Shown here: positions 9,486 to 18,700 of the stretch, piece after piece
Position numbering within the stretch: position 1 is the stretch's first letter
Layout: the number at the start of each line of letters is the position of its first letter
DNA from: a virus
DNA length: 64,000 bases
Reading direction: 5' to 3' (one strand)
IMG/VR virus record: IMGVR_UViG_3300045988_165212
Notes under the pieces: generated by a model
Database searches by the model: none
The model's input: the letters and a program-made list of their open reading frames with translations, nothing else
Told to the model about the DNA's origin: nothing
Position numbers and translations under genes: made by a program

Positions 9486-10109
9486 ATGGCAAAGCGAGCA
9501 TATAGCCCCAGGGATATAGCTGCAAAGACATATATCACCATTCCCTGGGGTGAGAAGTGGAGCAAGGTATTTGGATTCCCTTCCATAACAGAAACATGGT
9601 TTGTGTCGGGGTCGAGCGCAAGTGGAAAGAGCAGCTTTGTGATGCAGCTTGCCAAAGAACTTTGCTCGTATGGTGGCGTTCTTTACCTGAGTTATGAGGA
9701 AGGTGTGAGCAAGAGCTTTCAAGACCGCATCAACCGCTACAAGATGAATGAGGTGCAAGGCAAGTTTCGTGTGGCAACAGACGACACCCTTGACGATCTG
9801 AGGGCAAGGCTTAAAAAACGCAAGAGTGCCAAGTTTGTCATCATTGACAGCTTCCAATATTCAAATTGGAGCTATGAGCAAGCCAAGACGCTTGCAGATG
9901 ACTTCCCTCGAAAGTGCTTCATATTCATCAGCCAGGAATACAAGGGGCAACCGCTTGGCAAACCAGCAGCCCGATTGAAGTACATGGCAGGTATGAAGGT
10001 GAGAGTGCAAGGATATAAGGCATATTGCCAAGGTCGTGCTATTGGTGAGGCAGGTGAGGCATTCACCGTATGGGAGGATGGAGTAATACAAACAAGCAAC
10101 GAAACATAA
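9486..10109 (+). CDS. RecA-fold P-loop NTPase (Sak4/KaiC/DnaB-C-like)
   Basis: 207 aa. Walker A (GSSASGKSS) and Walker B (FVIIDSF). Confidence 0.6.
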   Translation: MAKRAYSPRDIAAKTYITIPWGEKWSKVFGFPSITETWFVSGSSASGKSSFVMQLAKELCSYGGVLYLSYEEGVSKSFQDRINRYKMNEVQGKFRVATDDTLDDLRARLKKRKSAKFVIIDSFQYSNWSYEQAKTLADDFPRKCFIFISQEYKGQPLGKPAARLKYMAGMKVRVQGYKAYCQGRAIGEAGEAFTVWEDGVIQTSNET

Positions 10110-10114
10110 GGCGT

Positions 10115-10339
10115 ATGGACAAATACAAGGACGGTGATACCATTTTCGTCTTGATGACGGCAGAGCAATGCAAGTCGGTTATGAGAGAATGGCTTGAACG
10201 TGATTACGAGTGCGACTTGAATGTAATGCGCTCACAGAAGAATAAAGGCAAGTTTGTACTGAAAACAAAAAGTCTGATGTGGGCAAACAGAATCATCCAG
10301 TGGCATGGATATGAAAAAGTAACTTATCAAATAATATAG
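10115..10339 (+). CDS. Hypothetical early protein (74 aa from the internal ATG)
   Basis: Track ORF is 10070..10339. I chose the ATG at 10115, just past the upstream stop. Confidence 0.45.
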   Translation: MDKYKDGDTIFVLMTAEQCKSVMREWLERDYECDLNVMRSQKNKGKFVLKTKSLMWANRIIQWHGYEKVTYQII

Positions 10340-10342
10340 CTT

Positions 10343-10519
10343 ATGGAAGAAGTGATTGAAAGCCTGGTGGCAATCATCAAGGACAAGACAAAGGATTTTA
10401 CCTACTTGGATCAAGAACAGATGTTCAGAGACTTGTCTGGCAGATTAAACGATATGTCGCTTGATGCCATGAAATGTGAGTATCTTGGTGAGAGAAAGGA
10501 GGTGGCAGACAATGAGTAA
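10343..10519 (+). CDS. Small early ORF not in the supplied track (58 aa, MEEVIESLVAIIKDK...)
   Basis: Hand-translated. It fills the 10340..10511 gap and overlaps the next start by 8 nt. It falls below the 60-aa track cutoff. Confidence 0.45.
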   Translation: MEEVIESLVAIIKDKTKDFTYLDQEQMFRDLSGRLNDMSLDAMKCEYLGERKEVADNE

Positions 10520-10751
10520 AGAACGAAGGGTGTTAGAACTGGTTTCACCATCATGCCAAGTCACCCATGAGAAAATAGTGAGTCAAGGGCATGAATGTGG
10601 ATATTGCCACGGCAATGGTTACTTCTGGGGACGTGACGCCAATTGGGAAAGCGTGAAAGTTCCTTGCCCTATATGCCAAGGCAAGAAAGAAATGAAAGCC
10701 ATCATTGAAATAACATGGCTACCAAACAATGAAAAGACAACTAAAAAATAA
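10512..10751 (+). CDS. Small zinc-ribbon protein with DnaJ-type CxxCxGxG motif
   Basis: CGYCHGNG ... CPICQGKK. Start moved to the ATG at 10512 (MSKERRV). Confidence 0.55.
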   Translation: MSKERRVLELVSPSCQVTHEKIVSQGHECGYCHGNGYFWGRDANWESVKVPCPICQGKKEMKAIIEITWLPNNEKTTKK

Positions 10752-10757
10752 ACGAAT

Positions 10758-11027
10758 ATGAGTAAAATCAGTAATTGGTTCCATGCTATGCGTGAGAACT
10801 GCAAGAAAAAGGCTGAACAGAAACGTGCAGCGCAAGTGAGAGAAGAAGCCAGGTCAAGACTACAGGCAAGAGAGTTCAATGGCAAGATATTCCTATGCTT
10901 CGACAATGTGCCAATACTGGAGACGGAAGACTTGACCCTTGGCATGGCTGCAAGCGTGAAAGAGGCACGCCAGTATTTTATGACTTACAGAGGTGTCGGC
11001 CATGAAGCAGCAAGTAACGAACTTTAG
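10758..11027 (+). CDS. Hypothetical early protein (89 aa)
   Basis: ORF in the operon, closely spaced to its neighbours. Confidence 0.5.
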   Translation: MSKISNWFHAMRENCKKKAEQKRAAQVREEARSRLQAREFNGKIFLCFDNVPILETEDLTLGMAASVKEARQYFMTYRGVGHEAASNEL

Positions 11028-11469
11028 CCGTTTCTTTGCCTCATTCAACGAACTGCCTTGCTATTGTGGCAGTCGTGAAGAGTTCAAGAAGGAAATTGTC
11101 AGTCAATACACTTTCGGACGCACAGAGAGCTTGAAGGAAATGACTTGGCAAGAGTACAATGATTGTTGTGACGGTCTGGAGAAACTGAGCGGTCGAAAAG
11201 ATAGATTGAAACGCAATCGCAGCATCTGCCTAAAGCTGATACAAGAGATTGGCGTGGACACAACCGACTGGCAGCGCATCAATGAGTTCTGCAAGCATCC
11301 TCGAATTTGCGGAAAGGAGTTTGCCAGAATCCGACTTGACGAAATGGAAGATTTCCAAAGAAAACTCAGAGCAATCAAGAAGAAAGGCGGTTTGAAAGAG
11401 AAAGAAGACGTGAACAATCCTGGCAGGATGGTGATGTATATCCCTTTGGATGGAATCCCTCATGCCTAA
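11002..11469 (+). CDS. GemA/Mu gp16-like regulatory protein (putative)
   Basis: About 155 aa. Pattern (..SLKEMTWQEY..LIQEIGVDTTDWQRINEF..) and position resemble the DUF1018/GemA family. Judged from memory only. Confidence 0.45.
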   Translation: MKQQVTNFSRFFASFNELPCYCGSREEFKKEIVSQYTFGRTESLKEMTWQEYNDCCDGLEKLSGRKDRLKRNRSICLKLIQEIGVDTTDWQRINEFCKHPRICGKEFARIRLDEMEDFQRKLRAIKKKGGLKEKEDVNNPGRMVMYIPLDGIPHA

Positions 11470-11498
11470 AAATACAACCCATTTTAAACGACAAGACA

Positions 11499-12233
11499 AT
11501 GGAAGAGAACAAGAAACAGACAGTAGAAATGACAGCGGAAGAGGCAGAAGCCTTCAAGCAGTTCCAAGAGAAGCAAGCCAAGGAAAAGGCTGCTAAGAAG
11601 CGCAAGGAAGACCGTGAGGCTTACGCCCAGTTGGTGGACAACGAGATTGAGAGTGCCATCCCCGAACTTCGCAGCCTGTCAGAACAGATGCTTGCAGTGA
11701 AGAGCAAGGTTTATGAGAACTTTGCGGAAGTCATCAACATCAAGGCAAACGTGTTGAAGCTGACCAAGGACACCCAGCGCACACACACCTTCACCCATTC
11801 AAACGGAAAGATGCGCCTCACGCTTGGTTACAACTGCATTGATGACTACCGTGACACAGTGAATGACGGCATTGCCATCGTCAAGCAGTACATCGAGAGC
11901 CTTGCAACCGACACCAAAAGCAAGGAACTTGTGGCAACCATCCTACAGCTATTGAGCCGTGACGGAACAGGCAACTTGAAGGCAAGCCGTGTGTTGCAGC
12001 TTCGCAAACTGGCAGACAAGAGCGACAACGACCAATTCAAGGAAGGTGTGCAAATCATCGAAGAGGCTTATCAGCCATCGCTCACCAAACAGTTCATCAG
12101 AGCTGAGTGGAAGGACGAACACAACAAGTGGCACATCATCCCATTGAGTGTGACAGATGTAGAACAAACAGAAACTAAACAAGAAGCCAATGAAGACAAC
12201 GACAACCAAGGCACCCAAGGTGGCACTGTGTAG
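11499..12233 (+). CDS. Hypothetical protein (244 aa), coiled-coil N-terminus
   Basis: Long ORF with good coding appearance and no diagnostic motif. Confidence 0.55.
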   Translation: MEENKKQTVEMTAEEAEAFKQFQEKQAKEKAAKKRKEDREAYAQLVDNEIESAIPELRSLSEQMLAVKSKVYENFAEVINIKANVLKLTKDTQRTHTFTHSNGKMRLTLGYNCIDDYRDTVNDGIAIVKQYIESLATDTKSKELVATILQLLSRDGTGNLKASRVLQLRKLADKSDNDQFKEGVQIIEEAYQPSLTKQFIRAEWKDEHNKWHIIPLSVTDVEQTETKQEANEDNDNQGTQGGTV

Positions 12234-12372
12234 AATGTGCCACGGCACTGGGAGAAAGGGCGAGGAAATTTGCCCACAATGTGAAGGAAGTGGACGTGTG
12301 ACAGTGAGCTGTGAAATGACACTTGACATCCGTCCATATCATCCAAAGGTTAAACATACAACAAACAATTAG
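12190..12372 (+). CDS. Mini zinc-ribbon protein (60 aa) with two CxxCxGxG motifs
   Basis: CRMCHGTG ... CPQCEGSG. Overlaps the end of the upstream gene. Confidence 0.5.
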   Translation: MKTTTTKAPKVALCRMCHGTGRKGEEICPQCEGSGRVTVSCEMTLDIRPYHPKVKHTTNN

Positions 12373-12376
12373 CCCC

Positions 12377-12628
12377 ATGGGAAAGCGACGCGGACTAAGT
12401 TATCAGAAACGTGTTGCTGACATCAACAGGATATATGACCGGCATATCAAGGACGGTGTTCCAAACCGTGAGATATGGCGCAGGTTCATATATCCTGAGT
12501 ATGCTATCAGTGAGCGTCAATTTTACAATATATTGAAAGCGTCTGCTGAATCAAAGAATGAGATTCCAGCAGACGCTCAACCGTATCTTGATTTTTGGAA
12601 TGATGAGCAAGGAAAAGACTATTATTAA
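12377..12628 (+). CDS. Hypothetical small basic protein (possible middle/late regulator by position)
   Basis: ATG at 12377 (MGKRRGLSYQ) lies 5 nt after the upstream stop. The functional guess rests on position only. Confidence 0.45.
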   Translation: MGKRRGLSYQKRVADINRIYDRHIKDGVPNREIWRRFIYPEYAISERQFYNILKASAESKNEIPADAQPYLDFWNDEQGKDYY

Positions 12629-13175
12629 GAGGATTCTGAATGACATCCGCGTTGACCTAAGTGACGAGTTTGACCAGAACTTTGAGCGAGAGGCATTTTT
12701 CAGCGAGGCATGGGAACGGCACAGAAGCCCCCTTCGACCAGGTGGGCATATTCTTGTTGATACAGGCACGCTGAGGAGAAGCGTCAGAAGCGAGATGAAG
12801 GAAACGAGCATCCGCTTCTTCACTGATTTGCCATACGCCGACATTCACAATGAAGGCGGTGAGATAGTGGTGACAAAACGAATGAAAGGCTATTTCTGGC
12901 ACAAGTACATGGATGCCGCAGGTGCATTGACCTTTGCAAGGCGCAAGGACGGCACGCAGCGCAAGGACAAAAAGACACGGCACATCAGTGACGTGGCAGA
13001 GTTCTGGAAGTTCATGGCCTTGAAGAAGGAAGGCACGACAATCAAGATACCAAAGAGGCAGTTTCTGGGTTTGTCACCAGAGGTGGAAAAGGCAGTTACG
13101 GACATCATCGAGGATAATTTGCAAGAATACCTCGGAAAGGAAATGGAACATTTTGAAAAACGATTGAAGAAATGA
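12600..13175 (+). CDS. Mu G-like virion morphogenesis protein
   Basis: LPYADIHNEGG motif, typical of the Mu gpG / Phage_tail_S family. Start chosen at MMSKEK. Confidence 0.6.
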   Translation: MMSKEKTIIKRILNDIRVDLSDEFDQNFEREAFFSEAWERHRSPLRPGGHILVDTGTLRRSVRSEMKETSIRFFTDLPYADIHNEGGEIVVTKRMKGYFWHKYMDAAGALTFARRKDGTQRKDKKTRHISDVAEFWKFMALKKEGTTIKIPKRQFLGLSPEVEKAVTDIIEDNLQEYLGKEMEHFEKRLKK

Positions 13176-13615
13176 GAAAAGAGATTTACAAGATGCTTTG
13201 TGAGCGTCTGGGCAATATACCAGAAATCAAGTATATTGACCTTTGGAACCACAATGTGGAGTTCATTGAACAAGAAGACAACTGGGAACGTCCAGCGGTG
13301 TTTGTGGAGCTTTGCCCAATCAACTGGGAGGCTACGGTGGCAGGTATGCGCTATGTGACAGAAGCGAAAGTGAACTTGCACGTGGTGACAGACTGGTTGG
13401 GCAGCAGTGCAGCCAACAGCGACCAAAGAGAAGAGAGTTTGACCGTGTTTGACCTCTTGGAAAAGATTCACACAGCCCTGGCAGATGTGGACGGTGAACA
13501 TTTCAAGGAGTTCGACATCAGCAATTCGACAACCAACCACAACCATGAGGATATTTTGGAAAACATTGAAACTTATAGTTATGTGGGTTACAGAGAACTT
13601 GGCCAGTCCAAGTAA
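13172..13615 (+). CDS. Hypothetical virion-associated protein (147 aa)
   Basis: ATGA-coupled to the Mu G-like gene. Confidence 0.5.
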   Translation: MRKEIYKMLCERLGNIPEIKYIDLWNHNVEFIEQEDNWERPAVFVELCPINWEATVAGMRYVTEAKVNLHVVTDWLGSSAANSDQREESLTVFDLLEKIHTALADVDGEHFKEFDISNSTTNHNHEDILENIETYSYVGYRELGQSK

Positions 13616-13623
13616 ATATAATT

Positions 13624-13661
13624 AAAGCATCCGATGCCTTGACAGCTTCGGATGCTTTTTT
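13624..13661. terminator. Bidirectional intrinsic terminator (11-bp stem aaagcatccga/tcggatgcttt)
   Basis: Perfect stem with an A-run before and a T-run after. It lies between the convergent genes 13172..13615 and 13688..14170. Confidence 0.75.
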
Positions 13662-13687
13662 AATGTCCTTCGGATGTCGTTTGACCC

Positions 13688-14170
13688 TTACTGATACAAG
13701 CTCAAATCAAAAGCATCCTTCTTCTTCCATCCCTCAGCCAAGGTGTTTTGCACATATTCGGTGGCTTTCAGATAAAAGTCGGCGAGTTCTTCAAGTGTGT
13801 CAAACGTATGGTATGACGGTTCATCCTCAGTTCCAAACTTGAACGTTACTGGCAGCGTCTTTCCTTCCGTTTGCACGGCAAGGTCATAAGCAGCCTTATA
13901 GTTGAACTGGTTTTCAGTGGATAGCCACACTGCCTGACCCTTATATGTGAAGCCAGAAATGATGGCTTGGTCAGTCTGTTCGTTGTACCAGTCCAAGACG
14001 GTTCGCTTGATGTCATCCACAGAAGGCTTGCCATTGGTAAACTCTGCCTCCATGTAGTTGGCCGAACCGTCCTCTTTAACTATGACATCCCAACGGATGC
14101 GCCATTTGTTCTTGACGGGGTTCACGCATTCAAGCAGTTTCACCACCGCACTTCCTTCTGTTCGTTTCAT
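13688..14170 (-). CDS. DUF4376-like protein translationally coupled to the DGR RT
   Basis: 160 aa, acidic. The segment ISGFTYKGQAVWLSTENQFNYKAA..LPVTFKFGTEDE..LEELADF resembles the DUF4376 / tail-fibre-associated family. The RT stop and this start overlap (TAATG). Confidence 0.55.
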   Translation of the reverse strand: MKRTEGSAVVKLLECVNPVKNKWRIRWDVIVKEDGSANYMEAEFTNGKPSVDDIKRTVLDWYNEQTDQAIISGFTYKGQAVWLSTENQFNYKAAYDLAVQTEGKTLPVTFKFGTEDEPSYHTFDTLEELADFYLKATEYVQNTLAEGWKKKDAFDLSLYQ

Positions 14171-15471
14171 TAGCTAAATACGTATTTGGTTCTACCTTTG
14201 CCAAATGTCTCTGTTCTGATAGTTGTCTCAAAAGGCAAGCCATCTGGCAGTTCACTAATCTGTTGGAGAATATTCTTCATTTCCTCCGAATTGGTGAAAA
14301 ACTTCTTTGCCTCACCGTTCTGTTCGATGGAGACAATGCAGCGGTCTTCGCCTTGCTCAGTCTTGATGCCAAGCTCGAAGTCCTTCACGATGATTGGTAA
14401 GTTCACTAATTCCCTGATGCTTACCACTGACCCAGGGAAACGCTTCTTGCCATCCGCTGGCTTATAAGAAACGTTCAAATCTTTAAATGATCTCATTGTT
14501 TTGCCTGTTAATTTATTAAACAATCTATTACAGTCGGCGTGCTTTGTCATGCCATAGAAACTGGCAATCAGCTCACGCCTTCTTTTCCTCGATTTAACCT
14601 CGTGCATTTTTCGGGCAAACTTCTGCTTGATACGCTTGCGTATCGCCACATGGTCGGGATATATGACATATCCCAAGAAGTCAATGCCCTCATCCACTGG
14701 GAACACCCTTTCATTTGGCTTTATCTCCAAATCAATCTGGTTCACCTGAGAGTGGATAATTTCACGAATCACCCATAATTCCGCTTTCGTTTTACCAAGC
14801 ACAAGGCCGTCATCACAATATCTGTAGAAATGAGCGACCCCACACTTATCTTTCAAATAGTGGTCTAAAAATACAGACAACAACAAGTTGCCAGTGGCTT
14901 GCGAGCTTCTTAGTCCAAAGCTGATGCCTCTGTCCAGCATGGTAACAAAGGATTCCAACATAACGAGCAGCTTCTGGTCTTTGAACACACGGCGGTAGCA
15001 CCACATGGCAAAGTCTTGACGAACATTCTCATAGAAATGTCTGATGTCAAACTTGTAGGCATATAGCGTGCCTTCTGGGTCATGCTGCATATCTTGACGA
15101 ATTACCTTCATAAGGTCGTGCGTGCCACGTTCCTTGATGGATGCTGCTGTTGTGCGTATGTAACGTCTTTGCAGATGTCTGTCCACCACGGACATTATAG
15201 CATGGACACCTATGCGGTCTTTCATCGAAAGAATCTGCAAGTTCCTTTCTTTGCCGTATTCGTGGATTGTGCGCTCACGGTAGCCACTCACACGGAAAGA
15301 GCCATTGGCAATTTGCTCTGTTAGCTCCTTAATCACCTCTTCACGATGCGCAAGCAAGTAGCGTCCCTGACGTGAGCGTTTCCGCTTCTTGCCACGGAGA
15401 ACTTCATCAAACGACTCTGACATATTGGAGTAGTCAATGATTTCTTCTATGATGTAACCTTCTCTACGCAT
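14170..15471 (-). CDS. DGR-type reverse transcriptase with ~110-aa C-terminal extension
   Basis: 433 aa. RT motifs YAYKFDIRHFYENV, FGLRSSQ (DGR-type GxxxSQ), YCDDG (YxDD), IDFLGYVIY. Adjacent to an AAY-rich template-like repeat. Confidence 0.9.
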   Translation of the reverse strand: MRREGYIIEEIIDYSNMSESFDEVLRGKKRKRSRQGRYLLAHREEVIKELTEQIANGSFRVSGYRERTIHEYGKERNLQILSMKDRIGVHAIMSVVDRHLQRRYIRTTAASIKERGTHDLMKVIRQDMQHDPEGTLYAYKFDIRHFYENVRQDFAMWCYRRVFKDQKLLVMLESFVTMLDRGISFGLRSSQATGNLLLSVFLDHYLKDKCGVAHFYRYCDDGLVLGKTKAELWVIREIIHSQVNQIDLEIKPNERVFPVDEGIDFLGYVIYPDHVAIRKRIKQKFARKMHEVKSRKRRRELIASFYGMTKHADCNRLFNKLTGKTMRSFKDLNVSYKPADGKKRFPGSVVSIRELVNLPIIVKDFELGIKTEQGEDRCIVSIEQNGEAKKFFTNSEEMKNILQQISELPDGLPFETTIRTETFGKGRTKYVFS

Positions 15472-15621
15472 TGTTAATAATTTTATGGCCTTTTGGCCTT
15501 CCTGTCTCTGGGCCTGACTTCTTCGAGCCGTAAGAACGGCCTACCAAACTCCACCCAACACTTGATTTTTCAGCTTTCCCATATTGGTAGTTTGCTGAGG
15601 TTCGTTTCCCTCGGCTCCATG
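15472..15621 (-). other. 150-nt spacer between the TR/VR-like element and the RT (copy in the left arm)
   Basis: Non-coding, with small hairpins. Exact mirror of 42504..42653. Confidence 0.6.
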
Positions 15622-15788
15622 TTAGGAATCACGTCCCTGGTATGGTAGGCCGATTGATGGTGTAATCAGTTTGTCCAGGCGTGAGCCGACATTCGCATTC
15701 GCATTCGCTGCATCGTTATTCGCATTCGCATTCACGACACCGCCATTCGCATTCGCGTTGTTGTACCCACGATAAACCACACGGCTTA
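15622..15788 (-). repeat. DGR variable-repeat position at the 3' end of the fibre gene; the sequence is identical to the TR-like copy at 42337..42503
   Basis: Encodes SRVVYRGYNNANANGGVVNANANNDAANANANVGSRL...*. The tract 15691..15762 has 11 AAY codons in 24. Confidence 0.75.
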
Positions 15789-18700
15789 CTGATGTGCTTA
15801 TCCAATATATATCACTATAATATGTACTGGACGAACCGCTGACATTACCAACAGGCACAACATCCATGTATTTGCCATGATAAACGGCTGTTACCCAGTT
15901 TCCGCTGTTAGTCGTACCTTTTACCATTCGTGTGCTTCCGTCTGGCATCCAAATGCGCCACTTGCCAGCATTGCCACTGTCATTTGGCAAATCCACATTG
16001 TCCATCATATCGTACTTGTTGCCGAATATGTCTTCATAACCCAAACAACAAGTATTATTTACTTGCTTGACATCTACGGCTCCATATTCACCATTAACCT
16101 TGTACCAAGCGTATTGGTTCACCAAGTTGTCAATGAGCGAATTTGTGACATTTGCGTTGATTGCCTTTGCAGCCTTGTAGCCAATGGTGTCAGTCATACC
16201 GTATGCCATTGTTCCGCCTGTAGTTCTCATGTTGGTGTGCTGACCTGCTCCACATTGATCTTGGGCATCCCTACGACCATACTTGGCAAAGAACAAGTTG
16301 GCAATGGCACTGTGCATACTTGCGTCAATCTGCTGCATACCACGTTGAACACTGTAATAATGGAAGTCGCTCCATGCCATGTTTGCTGTGGTGCTGCCAC
16401 CAGTAACCACAGCCCTAAGTTTATCACCCACAACGGAACTTCCAACAGTTGCACACAAACAATCATCCTCATTGACCCAATCGGGTTCCATATCCTCAAT
16501 CTTGTCGCTGTTGCTCAATACCACCTTGTCAAACTCAGCGGTCTGCAATACAGTAAAGTTGAGGTATGTCGCATCAGAAGGAATGTCGGAAATCAAGTAC
16601 ATACCTGCCTCAAACTTATTGCTAAGTGTTGGCACAACGATGGTTTTGACTACCTTTCCCGAATCATCCGTGAAAATGCTTCCAACAAGATTGCTGCCTG
16701 GCACAGAAGGAAAACGAACACGCTTATAGCCTGATACAGACACACGACAAACGGCATAGCTGCTATCTGCTGTATATGAGTTTTGCAAGGTGTTCTTGCC
16801 ACTCATTACCTTATATCCTTTGCGATAATTGCCACCATTTTGTATTTCACTCAGCAAAATGACTGTTGCTTTCGGAACAGATGGCATGGCAACATTACTA
16901 CTGTAGCAGCTATAATGCTTACCATTCAGGTAGTCATTGATTCCCTTGATCCATCTGTGAGGCTCGAACATCATAATGTCGCCCTCTGAGCCATCCAACT
17001 TTGCTGCGGTGCAATTAGCCACCTCTGCTGCATCTGCATAATAATTGGAGTTCTCATCATGCAATGGATATATGGTGACAATGCCATCAAGATTGTTTGC
17101 AATGGTATCAACACCAGCTATCTTGATGTTTCTTGTTGTAGGCTTCTTTGTAACCTTGGCAAGAACACGATGACGCTTCTTCAAAAGTGCCGTGATATGA
17201 CCACTTGGCACATAGTCATTGCCATACTTATAGCCAGTCTTATTGTCAAGGTTGGACACATTGGCATCATCCGCAACAGTGTCATCAAACTCAATCATCG
17301 TGTATTCTGGTTGAATGATGTTCAGCTCTGGGAAATGTTCTTGCCACTTCTTGTATTCTTCATCAGCTATGTATGAAGTGAGGCGATAAGTGCCAACCAG
17401 ACGGCATGAATCCACATTGCCACCGTTTTCATCAACACCACCCATCGAAAGCATATTCTTTAGCATGGTTCCGTCACCTTCCATGTCTATGCCTGTAATT
17501 CGTAGATACTTCACTTTGCTGCATCTGCTGTAAAGTGTCTGCCAATTTATCAATGGGCAATTATCCACAACCAGACGTGTGACATTTGAGGTTCCTTCAA
17601 GTGTGAGACCACTGTTTGTGAGCTTGCTCAGATAGCGGAGTTCCAAGGTTTGCAGCGTTGAAGGCAACACAACTGTCTTCAATGGTGAACCTTGTGCGAA
17701 GCTCACGCCTGTCAAAGCACTCTTCCCTGCACGGAATGTTTCCAGCTTGGTGTTTGCGCTCAAATCAATGCCTGTGAAGCTGGTGGATTTCAAACCAGTC
17801 ATATTGAGCGTGCGAAGGTTCTTGCATCCGTTCACAAGCAATGCGTTGAGCGTTGTCTGTGTCGCAGCACAACTTACATCAAGCGTGCGAAGTGCCGAAC
17901 AGTTGTTGAGGTTCAACGTCTGCAAGATGGCATGGCTCACGTCCGTAAGGTCAAGCCCCATGATGCGACTTGCACCATACACGTATTGTGGATCATTCAC
18001 AATCAAGTCGGTGTCAAGTGTCAGTTGCACCATACTGCCTGTGTCTTCTGCCAGGACTGCACTCTGATGCGGTGTGCCACTCGTATAGCCATAACCGAAA
18101 TAATAACGCTCACTTGACGTTATCTTTATCTTTCGGTTGTCGCTACCGAACTTATAGCCAAAGTAAGCAGCAAAGCTATCCTTGCGGTATGTACCACACA
18201 CATATTGGCTATCCAGCAGCGCAAAACGGTTTTGGATGGTGAACGTGCGGTGTGCGTAACGGCTTCCCTGCAAGGCATAGAGGTAATTGTAATAATTCGT
18301 TCCATCCGCTGATGTCACGCCTTCCGTCAAAGGAGTGATATACTTGTATATGCCATCCTTGTTGTAGATTCGTTCACACCAGTTGCCCATCTGTTCCACA
18401 TTGAACATATTAAGCACATATTCGAGGCTCATGTTTGAGCGAATCTTGTCAGCCACCTCTCTCAATTTGTCTGGGCATCCTCTGACAAGTTCCCAAAGAA
18501 CGCTGTCATGTCCAGCAAAGGCATAGGAGCCAATGCTTTCATCCAAGGTTTCCCATGTAATGGTATAGTCATACTTCAAGACGGAATCATTGCGCTCACC
18601 AAAGATGGTGTCCATGTCGTATGGAATGAACTGCCAGTGAAGACCGTCCCATGTGACAAGCATCATGTTCTTGGCACGGTTATCCACCGCCATGAAATAG

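Larger units (their letters stand above)
1..15788. repeat. Left arm of a perfect large inverted repeat (x is the reverse complement of 58125-x; partner 42337..58124); cut by the left window edge
   Basis: Every ORF in 1..15788 recurs with identical protein on the opposite strand at 58125-x. Nucleotides hand-checked at 1-24 vs 58101-58124 and at the inner edge, where identity stops (15789 c vs 42336 a). Confidence 0.95.

Noticed and set aside
15691-15762. Periodic GCGAAT/GCGAAT... tract as a possible microsatellite or CRISPR-like repeat
   Set aside because: Only about 72 nt, in frame inside an ORF, with no spacer/repeat organisation and no cas genes. The periodicity comes from alternating Ala (GCG) and Asn (AAT) codons in a DGR template.
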